Position numbers and translations under genes: made by a program. Shown piece after piece: positions 44,826-54,200 of a stretch of 64,000 bases of DNA. Location of the stretch: positions 1 through 64,000 of the IMG/VR virus record IMGVR_UViG_3300038525_000015; one strand, written 5' to 3'. Under the pieces are notes generated by a model. The model saw nothing but the letters and a program-made list of their open reading frames with translations. It did not search any database and was not told where the DNA came from. The stretch comes from a virus. Lineage: Duplodnaviria; Caudoviricetes. Every line of letters starts with the position of its first letter. Position 1 is the stretch's first letter.

Positions 44826-45746
44826 ATGAACAGCCCGCCCCACCGCCTCGCCCTCACCGGCATAGCGCTCATGCTGTCCAGCGTCACAGTGGTTTCGGTA
44901 TGCCTGGCCATCCTCGCGCTGATCACCGACCCGGTTCTGCGCTGGCTGTTCGCCGGCGGAGCGGTGCTGCTGGATCTGGCCAAGTACCTCTCGTGGCCAC
45001 TGACTGCGCACCTGATGTCCGCCGGCCGCCAGTGGCTCGCCGCGGCGCTGATTGTCTGCGCCCTGGTGCTGGCCTCAGTGTCTGGCTGGGCGACCTATGA
45101 CCGGCTGATGGCCGGGATGCTTGGCGGGTACGGCGCAGCAGCGGCAACGCAGCAGCGGATCGCAGACATTGAGGCGGCCAGACAGATCGACCTGGCGCAC
45201 CTGGCTGCGCTGGACGCCGAGCGAGCATCCACGCAGATGCAGGCGGGTGCGCTGCGGCAACGCGGGATCGCCAGCAAGGCCCAGCAGCTTGAGGATGCCA
45301 AGGACGCGCAGCGCGAGAAAGCACGCCAGCGGCTGGATGACAGCTCCCGCGAGCTGGCCGAGCTGCGCGCCGTGCCTGCCAGGTCGGCCAGCCTGCCGCC
45401 GGGCTTGGCCGCCCTGCTCTGCATCGGGTTCGCGCTGGCCCTGGAGCTTGTTCCGGCGCTGTTGCTGGTCGCCCTGCGTGGCGTTGCCGGAGAGAAACAG
45501 CGCGAGAACACCCCGGAAACACAGCCGGCAACGCCGGAAACGCAGCCGGAAACAGATGCTGACGATGACCCCATGCTGCACGCGCTGCTGCGGACCATCA
45601 CCAGCGCTGGCCCTGGCTCGCCTGTTGTCCTGCGCGAGTTCGTGCGCTCGGCTGGGGTCGGAAATGCCCGGGCCAAGCGGCTGTTCCAGGCCGCAGAAGA
45701 GCGCGGCGCGCTGAAACGGACGGCTACTGGGTACGTGGCCGCCTGA
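44826..45746 (+). CDS. Multi-pass membrane protein with coiled coil and C-terminal HTH-like domain
   Basis: Three to four N-terminal TMs, coiled coil, TM, TPETQP repeats, VGNARAKRLF; GGAGG RBS. Confidence 0.7.
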   Translation: MNSPPHRLALTGIALMLSSVTVVSVCLAILALITDPVLRWLFAGGAVLLDLAKYLSWPLTAHLMSAGRQWLAAALIVCALVLASVSGWATYDRLMAGMLGGYGAAAATQQRIADIEAARQIDLAHLAALDAERASTQMQAGALRQRGIASKAQQLEDAKDAQREKARQRLDDSSRELAELRAVPARSASLPPGLAALLCIGFALALELVPALLLVALRGVAGEKQRENTPETQPATPETQPETDADDDPMLHALLRTITSAGPGSPVVLREFVRSAGVGNARAKRLFQAAEERGALKRTATGYVAA

Positions 45747-45766
45747 TCGAAATTCGAGAGAACACC

Positions 45767-47260
45767 ATGAATCGACCAACGTACTGCAGGACGACCGGCC
45801 AGCGTGTCGGCGTCTGCGCCTGTTACAGGTGCAAGCCGGCAGAGACTGATCGCGCCCAGGTGGCGCAAGGGGAATGGAAGTGAGCGAATTCAAAGTGCCG
45901 AACGGCTGGAAGCTGGCGCCGGAAGAGCCGACGCGCGAGATGTTCGTGGCTGCCAACAAGGCGGACGACAAGGCCTATGCTGGCGGCTGCCACCACGGCG
46001 CAGACAATGAGGATATTTGGCACGCCATGCTCGCCGCCGCCCCTGCTGCACCGACTGCGGACGGAACCACCAGCGACAAATACCGCGCCGAGCTGTACGA
46101 CGAGGTTTGGCAGCGAGCGCGTGATATGGGCTATGGGAACGTGACTGATGCGCTGGTCGAGCTAGAGCGCATGAAGGCGGCTGCGCCGGCAGTGCAGGCC
46201 GATGAGGAATGCGCTCACGAGTTTGTGCCGTTCCGTTCCGGCTGCACGAAATGCGGCGAACCATACGCTGCGCCGGTAGTGCAGGCAGAGCAGGAGCCGG
46301 TGGCTTGGGACGTGTTCTATAGCGATGACGACTGTCTCGCTCGCACGGCGCGCACCAAGAAAGAGGCTGAACACTATTCAGGCATGGCCTACTACGTGAA
46401 GCCGCTTTATTACGCCGCCCCGCCTGCCCATCCTGACGCCGCGCTGGTGGAGGCGCTGGAGCGTGCTTCGAAGGTGATGTGGTCGGCCGAATGCAATCTC
46501 GACGTTGAAGCACAGGAGATTGAACGTGTCCTGACGGCCTATCGCGCCGCCCTGGCCGGCAAAGGAGGTGAGTGATGGAGAAGATGAGTGAAGTGGAGAA
46601 GATGCGGGAAGAGTTTGAGGCGTGGGCGGGACAGTACGGTTACAGCCTGGAGCGCGACAGCGAGGCCGGCGGCTACTACGCAGACAGCGCAGACTTGGCT
46701 TGGCCAGCCTGGCAAGCCTCCCGCGCCACCCTGGTGGTGGAGCTGCCGGAAACAAGCCTGACCGGATCTATCGGAGTAGCGCACAAGGCGGTCACGAAGC
46801 GATGCCGAGAGGCAATCGAAGCCGCCGGCGTGAGGGTCAAGGCATGACCCGCCGCCTCATCCACGCCGAGATCGAAGCCCAGGCCGGGAAGCGCTGGGCG
46901 GACTTCATCCTGCAGGAAGGCGAGTTCGGCGGCCCGCGCGACAGCTACCCGCCGAAGCCGAGACCGGTGATGGCAGACCAGCCGGAGCCGCAGATGCTGG
47001 ACCGCTCGCCGATCGCCAGCCGCCACATCGCCGAAACCGGCGAAACGGTGCTGGAAACGGCACGCCGCTACCGGGCGCAGGGCGTGCGGATCTCAACCGC
47101 AGCGGCTCGCATCGGATTTGCCCACGGCGGCGCCCTGCGGGACTACATGAAGCGCAGCGGACAGGAGTGTCCGTGGCCGTCTCGGCGGAAGGCGCAACCA
47201 ATCTCCGCACCGACCATCACAGCTCCGCCCTGTCCCGCTCATCCGTCATCAAGATCTTGA
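45767..47260 (+). CDS. Cluster of hypothetical ORFs (45767-45883 Cys-rich, 45880-46575, 46575-46847, 46844-47260)
   Basis: Coupled start/stop overlaps and RBSs. Confidence 0.5.
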
Positions 47261-47465
47261 GCCGGTGAAGCGCGACCAGATCGCCGCCAACCTGTTCGCG
47301 CCAGGCGTCGTGGATGGTCTTGTACATCTGGTCTATCTCGCGGATCACGCGCCGGTAGCGCTCGACCTCTAGCGTCAGGCGGCGCACGTCTTCAGCGCGG
47401 GGCTCGGCCCACATGCGACGCATCTCGCTTCGCGTGACGGGCCGGAACTCAGGAAGTTTGTTCAT
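47217..47465 (-). CDS. Hypothetical protein, opposite strand
   Basis: 82 aa, GAGG RBS, good codon use. Confidence 0.6.
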   Translation of the reverse strand: MNKLPEFRPVTRSEMRRMWAEPRAEDVRRLTLEVERYRRVIREIDQMYKTIHDAWREQVGGDLVALHRLKILMTDERDRAEL

Positions 47466-47548
47466 GGCAGCTCCTCTGTGCGGAGCTTGCCATATCCCTT
47501 TTTCACATCACACAGACTGCCGGCTCCGGTCGGCGGAGAGGTATTGCT

Positions 47549-48148
47549 ATGCCAACCGGATACACCGCCGCCATCAAGGACGGCATCACCTTCGAACAGT
47601 TCGCCATGAACTGCGCCCGCGCATTCGGCGCTTGCATCACCCTGCGCGACGAGTCTGGCGGCGGCGAGAAGATCCCGGAACGCTTCGAGCCGAGCGACTA
47701 CCACCAGCGCAAGTTGATCGAGGCTCGGGATCAGATCGCCGAGATCGACGCATTAACGCCGGATGAGTGCGAACAGCGCGCAGCGGAAGAACACCGCCAA
47801 AACGAAGCGCTCCGTTGTGAGCGCCTGCGCGAGAACAAGGCCCTGCAACAGAAGTACGACCAGATGCTCGACTCTGTGAACGCCTGGATACCGCCCAGCG
47901 CGGACCACCTCAAACTGCGGGAGTTCATGCGAGATCAGATCCAGCAGAGCGCCAAGTTTGATTGCGACACCGAGTTCTACAGCAAGCCCACGCAGAGTCT
48001 GAACGGAACTGAATGGAAGGCGCAGCGCATCGCGAAACTCCAACATGACATCGACTACCACGCCCGGGAACAAGCCGCCGAAGTCGGGCGCACCAACCAG
48101 CGCAACGAGTGGATCCGCCTGCTGCGCGAGAGCCTGCAGCCCGCTTAA
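47549..48148 (+). CDS. Hypothetical phage protein
   Basis: MPTGYTAAIKDGITFEQFAMNCARAFGA; 199 aa helical. Confidence 0.7.
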   Translation: MPTGYTAAIKDGITFEQFAMNCARAFGACITLRDESGGGEKIPERFEPSDYHQRKLIEARDQIAEIDALTPDECEQRAAEEHRQNEALRCERLRENKALQQKYDQMLDSVNAWIPPSADHLKLREFMRDQIQQSAKFDCDTEFYSKPTQSLNGTEWKAQRIAKLQHDIDYHAREQAAEVGRTNQRNEWIRLLRESLQPA

Positions 48149-48202
48149 CCCCACCCCATCGCATTCCCCCGGCCAGGCGCCGGGGTGGAGAGGTATTGCC
48201 CA

Positions 48203-48409
48203 ATGGAACCGATGTTTCTCAGCCAGGAAGAAGTGCGCGAGCTGACGGGCGCCGGGACGAAGGCCGGCCAGATCCGCACCTTGCGCCAGAACGGCATCCG
48301 GCACACGATCAAGGCAAACGGCTGGCCTTGCGTCCCCCGCGCCGCTGTACTCGGCCAGCATCACCAGCCGCAAGAAAGCGCCACCTGGAAGCCTCGAAAG
48401 GCCGGATGA
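48203..48409 (+). CDS. xis: Excisionase-like protein (DUF4224-type)
   Basis: FLSQEEVRELTG...QIRTLRQNGI; directly upstream of the integrase. Confidence 0.75.
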   Translation: MEPMFLSQEEVRELTGAGTKAGQIRTLRQNGIRHTIKANGWPCVPRAAVLGQHHQPQESATWKPRKAG

Positions 48410-48410
48410 C

Positions 48411-49445
48411 ATGGGAAGACGACCGACAAAGCCGGGCGCGATCGCTCGGCTCAGGGAGCGCCGCAAGCCCAGCGGCAAGGTGTATTACTACTACGACGCT
48501 GGCGGGAAGCCTCGCCGGGAAATCCCGCTGGGCAGCGACTACGGCATGGCCATCGTCAAATACGCCGAGCTCGAGCGCGACCGGACGGCGGACGGCATTC
48601 GCCAGGCGGTGATCACCTTCGCCTACGTCGCGGACCAGTACCTGATCGAGATCGTGCCCACCAAGGCGCCGGGCACCCAGGACAAGAACAAGCAAGAGCT
48701 GGCCCGTCTCAAGGAGTTTTTTTGCGACCCGCCTGCGCCGCTGGAGGCCATCCAGCCGCAGCACGTCAAGCAGTACCTGCGTTGGCGGAAAAGCGCGCCG
48801 GTATCCGCGAACCGCGAGAAGGCGCTGTTGTCGGCCATCTGGAATTACGCCCGCGAAGCTGGATATACCGCGCTGGCCAACCCCTGCGCCGGGGTCAAAG
48901 GCAACAAGGAGAAAGGCCGCGTCAACGTATACATCGAGGACAGCATGTTCCAGGCAGTCTACCAGGTGGGATGCGCCGGCTTGCGGGATGCCATGGACCT
49001 GGCCTACCTGACCGGCCAGCGCGTTGGCGACACCCTGCGCATGGATGAGCGCGACATCCGAGACGGACACATCGCGATCACCCAGGCCAAGACCAAGGCG
49101 AAACGGCGAATCGAGATTGCCGGGGAACTGGCCGCGCTGGTCGAGAGGATCAAGGCGCGGAAGGCGGGTCACAAGGTCCGCTCAACGCGGCTGGTTGTGA
49201 CAGAGGACGGCGCACCCATGACGGCGGCGATGCTGCGGGGCAGGTTCGACAAGGCCAGGGAGGCTGCCGGAATCCCGAAAGCTGAATTCCAGTTCCGCGA
49301 CCTACGGGCCAAGGCCGGCACCGACAAGGCGGAATCGAGCGGCGACATCATGCAGGCTCGCGATCAGCTCGGGCACACCAGCGTGGTGATGACCGAGCAG
49401 TACATCCGCGAGCGTCGAGGGAAAAAGGTCTCGCCAACGCGGTAA
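48411..49445 (+). CDS. int: Tyrosine integrase
   Basis: TGQRVGD, FRDLRAKA, LGHTSVVMTEQY catalytic motifs; next to the att repeat. Confidence 0.95.
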   Translation: MGRRPTKPGAIARLRERRKPSGKVYYYYDAGGKPRREIPLGSDYGMAIVKYAELERDRTADGIRQAVITFAYVADQYLIEIVPTKAPGTQDKNKQELARLKEFFCDPPAPLEAIQPQHVKQYLRWRKSAPVSANREKALLSAIWNYAREAGYTALANPCAGVKGNKEKGRVNVYIEDSMFQAVYQVGCAGLRDAMDLAYLTGQRVGDTLRMDERDIRDGHIAITQAKTKAKRRIEIAGELAALVERIKARKAGHKVRSTRLVVTEDGAPMTAAMLRGRFDKAREAAGIPKAEFQFRDLRAKAGTDKAESSGDIMQARDQLGHTSVVMTEQYIRERRGKKVSPTR

Positions 49446-49570
49446 AAACGCTCGATTTCCGGTCCGCAATTTTTTCAGACCCCGCGCCGCACGCGGCTTT
49501 GAAAGGGGCAAAATCAGCTCCGTTGCGGACCAAAAAATGCCTCAAGCCATTGATATTGCTGGATTTGTCT

Positions 49571-49631
49571 GGAGACTTAAAATCTCTCGCTCGCAAGAGT
49601 GTGCCGGTTCGAGTCCGGCTTCGGGCACCAG
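49571..49631 (+). repeat. att core (tRNA-Leu 3' end), right copy
   Basis: Identical to 1018-1078; lacks the tRNA 5' part. Confidence 0.95.
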
Positions 49632-49766
49632 AATATCCCTCGCCCCAACGGCACCTCCGCCCCCCAGAGGAGATGCTGAGCCTCCCCTCAATCCTGATCC
49701 CTCGCCATAAATGCCAGCGCGCGCAAGTGCCGGGGAAACGATTGGGAATTATTGATACGCAAATGA

Positions 49767-49800
49767 AAAAGCCCCGTAGACCTGAATCTACGGGGCTTTC
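49767..49800. terminator. Bidirectional terminator between the convergent tRNA ends
   Basis: AAAGCCCCGTAGA-CCTGAA-TCTACGGGGCTTT. Confidence 0.75.
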
Positions 49801-49806
49801 CAATAG

Positions 49807-49854
49807 TGGAGGCCGAGGTCGGAATCGAACCGGCGTACACGGATTTGCAATCCG
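49807..49854 (-). repeat. 3' half of tRNA-Cys(GCA), att site of prophage 2
   Basis: CGGATTGCAAATCCG anticodon arm, GGTTCGATTCC T-arm, CTCCA end; no D-arm or 5' acceptor strand. Confidence 0.85.
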
Positions 49855-50001
49855 ACGAACAACCCTTTAATTTCAATACGTTAGCCGATTTTCGTTTCCG
49901 CAATCAAGCGCTTTCGTGGCGTTTCTAGGCCGCCAAGGGCGCGGGTCTGGCTTTTCGATGCGGAAACGATTTCGGCTCCCCCTTCTCCCGCTCTGGGCAC
50001 C

Positions 50002-50169
50002 TCATTTGCACCACGTCTCATGCAGCGGCTGACGGTTCGGGCGGCACTGGCTCAGCTCAATGATGTGCGCTGCGCCCTCCCGAACCGCAGCAACCTCACG
50101 CGTGCCCATTTCCCGCAGTAAAACCATACCCAGCAGCATCAGGACGCCGATCAAAATCGGGATTTTCAT
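50002..50169 (-). CDS. Small membrane / secreted protein
   Basis: MKIPILIGVLMLLGMVLL; GGAG RBS. Confidence 0.45.
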   Translation of the reverse strand: MKIPILIGVLMLLGMVLLREMGTREVAAVREGAAHIIELSQCRPNRQPLHETWCK

Positions 50170-50321
50170 GAAGGAGCTCCGTTGTGGGGGAGCCAGGATG
50201 GTATGCCCCGCCGCAGGGCCTGTCCGCAATCCGCGATGTCGAATAATGCCCGATGCCCGTCGTGCCCCCGCACACAGGCCGGGGTAATATCGCGAGGCCA
50301 CCATTACAAGGAGCCTCGTTC

Positions 50322-50918
50322 GTGAAGAAAGGAATACTTGCCCTGGCAGCAGCCTCCCTCGCGCTGGTCGGATGTGCCAGTACGAAGCTGACCGCCTACA
50401 CCGATCCAGCTTTTCAGAACGCTCCGTACAGAAACTTTGTCGCTCACGCGACAAATGGAGATTTGGAGACGCAACGTCTATTTTCCTCGAAGGCCTGCGA
50501 GGCACTCCGATCACGGAAAGCCACCTGCACGCCCGCACTGGATATCTTTCCTCCAACGCGCCAGTACACCGATGGCGAAGTCACGAAAACGCTCAAGGCA
50601 CGCGGAGTTGATGGCTACCTTTTGATTGCCATCGGGGGAGGCTCCAGTTCCAGCCAATACCTCGGCAGCCAATCTCTGGCTACGGTCAACGCTTACGGTA
50701 CGAGTATCAGCAGCACGAACGTGGCTGCGTACTCACATGCTCGCCAGCAGAGCTATGATCTCGTGCTTATTGATATCGCAACGCAAGAGCGGGCCTGGGT
50801 AGGCGGCGCACGGGTTTCTGGCCAGGGAGCTCTCAACGTTACCGACGAAGCATTTGCTTCTAGCCTGAGCATCGAACTGGTAACCGCTCTTAGAAAAGCC
50901 GGCCACATCACCAAGTAA
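50322..50918 (+). CDS. Moron lipoprotein
   Basis: GTG start with AAGGAG RBS; LALVGC lipobox; lower GC. Confidence 0.75.
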   Translation: MKKGILALAAASLALVGCASTKLTAYTDPAFQNAPYRNFVAHATNGDLETQRLFSSKACEALRSRKATCTPALDIFPPTRQYTDGEVTKTLKARGVDGYLLIAIGGGSSSSQYLGSQSLATVNAYGTSISSTNVAAYSHARQQSYDLVLIDIATQERAWVGGARVSGQGALNVTDEAFASSLSIELVTALRKAGHITK

Positions 50919-50976
50919 AACCTGTTGGCATGCCCGTCCCTCGCAATCCCCTCCCCCTGTCGGTATGTTCGAGGAC

Positions 50977-51207
50977 ATGGACATCCAAACCCTCATCGGC
51001 GCGGCTCTCGGCCTGCTGTTCCTCGGCGCCCTGGTTATGACTCAGATGCCGAAGGAGTGGCAGACCATAGGCGGCTGGCTCCTGGTCAGCCTGGCCGGTA
51101 TCCCCCTGTTCGGGGTCGTCCTCGCCGTTCTGATCAAGGTCCCCCTGCTGCTATTCGGCGCAGTGGCCTGGGCCTGCTTCCATGCAGGCCGCAGCAGCCG
51201 GCGCTGA
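50977..51207 (+). CDS. Small multi-TM membrane protein
   Basis: Almost entirely hydrophobic 76 aa; its stop abuts the stop of the giant gene. Confidence 0.65.
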   Translation: MDIQTLIGAALGLLFLGALVMTQMPKEWQTIGGWLLVSLAGIPLFGVVLAVLIKVPLLLFGAVAWACFHAGRSSRR

Positions 51208-54200
51208 TCACTCCCTCGCGCGAGCCTCCTCGATCCGCTTCCCTGCCCTCTCGGTCAGCCGGCTCTTGATGGCCTGCAACCGATCCAGCTCCCGCCGCTT
51301 GCGCTCGCCGTCCCAGTCGCTGCGGCGCACCATATCCATGCGGGCATTGATGCCGCTGAGTTGCTTCTGCACCTCAGCCAGCGGTTTACGCATTGCCAGC
51401 ACCTGCCGCTTCTCCTGAACCAACTCCCTCGCTTCATCCTTACGCCCCAGCTCCTGGAGACGCTTCGCGTCGGCATACACCCGCCCGGATTCTTTCAGGC
51501 CTTCATAGAACAGCGTGCTGTAGCGGTCATACGGCGCCGGCGCGCCCAGGTCGCGGTAGAACCGCCGGATCGGCTGGTACTCGTGCCAATGCTTCGCCGG
51601 CTCGCTCTCGCCGCCCGCTGCGCGCCAGACCGTATCAGTGATGCCGGCGCCCCAAGCGCCAACCTGACCGAGGTAGCCCCTGATCAGGTGATCGGCCTGC
51701 AGCGACGAGAGTGCGAATTCTTCGCCCAGCACTGCGGTGGCCGAGGAAATCGCTTTCGCCGGCGCAGTGCTGCTCGCTCGATCGCGCAGGGTTGGGCTCA
51801 CTTTCTCCATCCCGGCGCTCTCGATAGGCCGGCCGGTGAAAGCATCCCTGTTCGAGTACACATCCAGCGCTGGCTGGAACATCTGCGGCACCGGACTGAA
51901 GCTGAACGTTTGGGTGAGCATCGCCCACAGCCGCTCGCGAAACAGCTTGCCGCTGGCCTTGTCGTCGACTGCCTGTTCAGCCAGACGCTCCACCAGCGTG
52001 GAAATGGCACCCACCTCGAACGGCTTGGGCAGGAAGAAGGCGTTATCCCCGACGCGGAAGAACCAGAAGCTGTCCTTCTGCCAGTCCTCGAGCTTGCGGT
52101 ACTCCTCGTCGTCATGGTTCGCCAGGAAAAGCGCCAAGCTGGCCAGCGCCAGCGCACCGGTCACCGCGGCGAACCGGGCGGCCGCCACCTTGTCGCTGTT
52201 GGTGCCCTTGCCGAAGGCAACCTTGACCGCCGGCTTGAAGCCCGAGCGATACAGTTTGTCGAGGCCCTGCAGGCGAGCATTTAGAAATGGCACAACGCGA
52301 ATCAGGAAGCGCACCGCCGGCCAGGCGCCTTCCTGGCTGAAGTCCATCAGATCGCGCGCCTCGTAGGCGGCGCGCAGCGCACCCTTGTCCTTGTTCTGCA
52401 GGAAAGCCGCCGCCCGATTGGCGTTTTCGGCGGTGTTAGCCGCCTCGTTGTAGGCGTCCCAGCCGGCCACCAGCAGCTTCGGCACCAGGGCGGGAGCGTC
52501 CAGCAGCTTCGCGCCGCGCAGGGAGCGCTTGAGCCCGGCCTTCACCTCCTCGGGATCCGCACCGTAGATATGCCCGAAGCTGAATGCACCACCACTGGCC
52601 AGCATCTGCGCCCTGGTCTTCTGATCGCGGAAGGACTTCAGGCCCTGAAACATGTTCGCTGGCACGTTCTTGCTCACCGGCGTGGTGGCGGCGGCCTGCA
52701 TCGAGTCGCGCAGGAAGTTGGCGATGATGAACTGCGGCGTGATGGTGGTCATGTTGGTGAACACCCGCTTGAACTTGGCCATGGTGCGCACGGCGAAGTT
52801 GTTGAGCCCCGGGTCGGCCAGCGAGCTCAACGCCTCGAACACCAGGGCATCGTCCACCTCGTACCAGACCTTATCGCCCTTCTCCAGAACGAAGGTGCTG
52901 GTCTTGGGATCGCGTGCTGCCTCTGGGACCTTCCGCGCAATCTGCAGGCGCTCAGCGTTGGCGATGGTTTGCGCCGCGGCCTGGTTCTTCAGGCTGGCCG
53001 TCAGCAGGTGGTGGAAGTTCATCAGGGTGTTTTCCAGCAGGTCATTCAGATTCTGCTTCCCGCCCTTGAGCTTCTTGTACGCCTCCTGCCGACTCAGCCC
53101 CTTGGACGAAACCGGGCCCTTCGCCTTGGCCTCTTCATCCATGACCCGATAGAACGGGACGTAGAACTCGTCCCGCCACATGGCACGGTTCTCGGAGCTG
53201 ATAATGCCGGTCTGCTCAGCAATGGCCAGCACGTCGTCGCGGTACTGCTGGAACTCCTTGAAGACCTCATCGTAAAGCGATGCACGGGTGCGGCCGTCTT
53301 CAGTGACACCCCTGTTGATCCCTTTCAGCGCCTCGATGTCCTGGGCGGTGAACAGGTTTTCCCTGCCCTCTGCCGCGAGCTTGGCCGCCCGATTGCCGGC
53401 CACCCAGCCGAAGAAGCGCTCGATTTCCTTCGCATCCCCAAGCCGGCCCAGCACTTCACCCAGACCCATACTGCCGTCTTCGCGCATGCCGATCACTTTC
53501 TGCTGCGGATCGAGGACGATGCGGCCGTTGTGCATCATGGCGTTGAGCGCACCGGCGGCCGCCGGCGCCATGCGGGCCAGTACCCAGGCGCTGCTGGTGA
53601 TCGAAGTGTCGAGGAAGTCGAGGCCGTGAGCCTTCTCGTCGAGTTCCTTCAAGGCGGCGTAGCGATCGACCAGGCCCTGGCGGATCTTGGTCATAGCGCG
53701 GTCGGCGCGCTCGCGGAACCAGAGCGTTGCGCGCTGGCGAGCAGTCGGGGGAGCGATCTTGCCCAGCGCATCGCGCTCGGCCTGGCTGAGATCGGCGAAA
53801 GCTTCGGAAACGTGGGGGCGCGTCGACCGCAGCGAGTAGCGGGTGTCTTCGGAGGGGTCTACAGGTGCTTCAGTTCCGGATCGATCGCCAGTTGCTGCTT
53901 GGCCCACTCGGAAGAGGCCTTCATCTCGCGCCGCAGAGATTCGATCTCGGATTTCGTCAGGCGATAGTTGCCCTTTGTCGAACGTGAGGAGGGTTCGAGC
54001 TTCGGACTGGGTGAGCCCTTCGAAGCCATAACCGAAGGTTTCACGCCACCAGGGTTCGATATCGCTGTACTTGCCACGGACTTGCGCCAAGGTGTCGGGA
54101 TCAATCGCAAGTTTCCGTGAGTAGTTCTTGCCGGTCAAGGCAAGCGCTGCCAGCACCTGGCCGCCGTTGTCCTCGATGTGCGTCTTCAACTGCGCCAGAG

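Larger units (their letters stand above)
1018..49631. mobile_element. Prophage 1: temperate long-tailed (siphovirus-type) prophage integrated in tRNA-Leu(UAA)
   Basis: Flanked by a 61-bp direct repeat; integrase next to the distal repeat; full immunity, replication, head, tail and lysis modules with no obvious broken essential gene. Confidence 0.95.

Noticed and set aside
45505-45555. Short direct repeats (CCGGAAAC.CAGCCG)
   Set aside because: Explained as TPETQP linker repeats of the membrane protein.
49571-49854. Second tRNA-Leu and a tRNA-Cys gene
   Set aside because: Both lack the 5' acceptor strand and D-arm; they are att duplications, not functional tRNAs.
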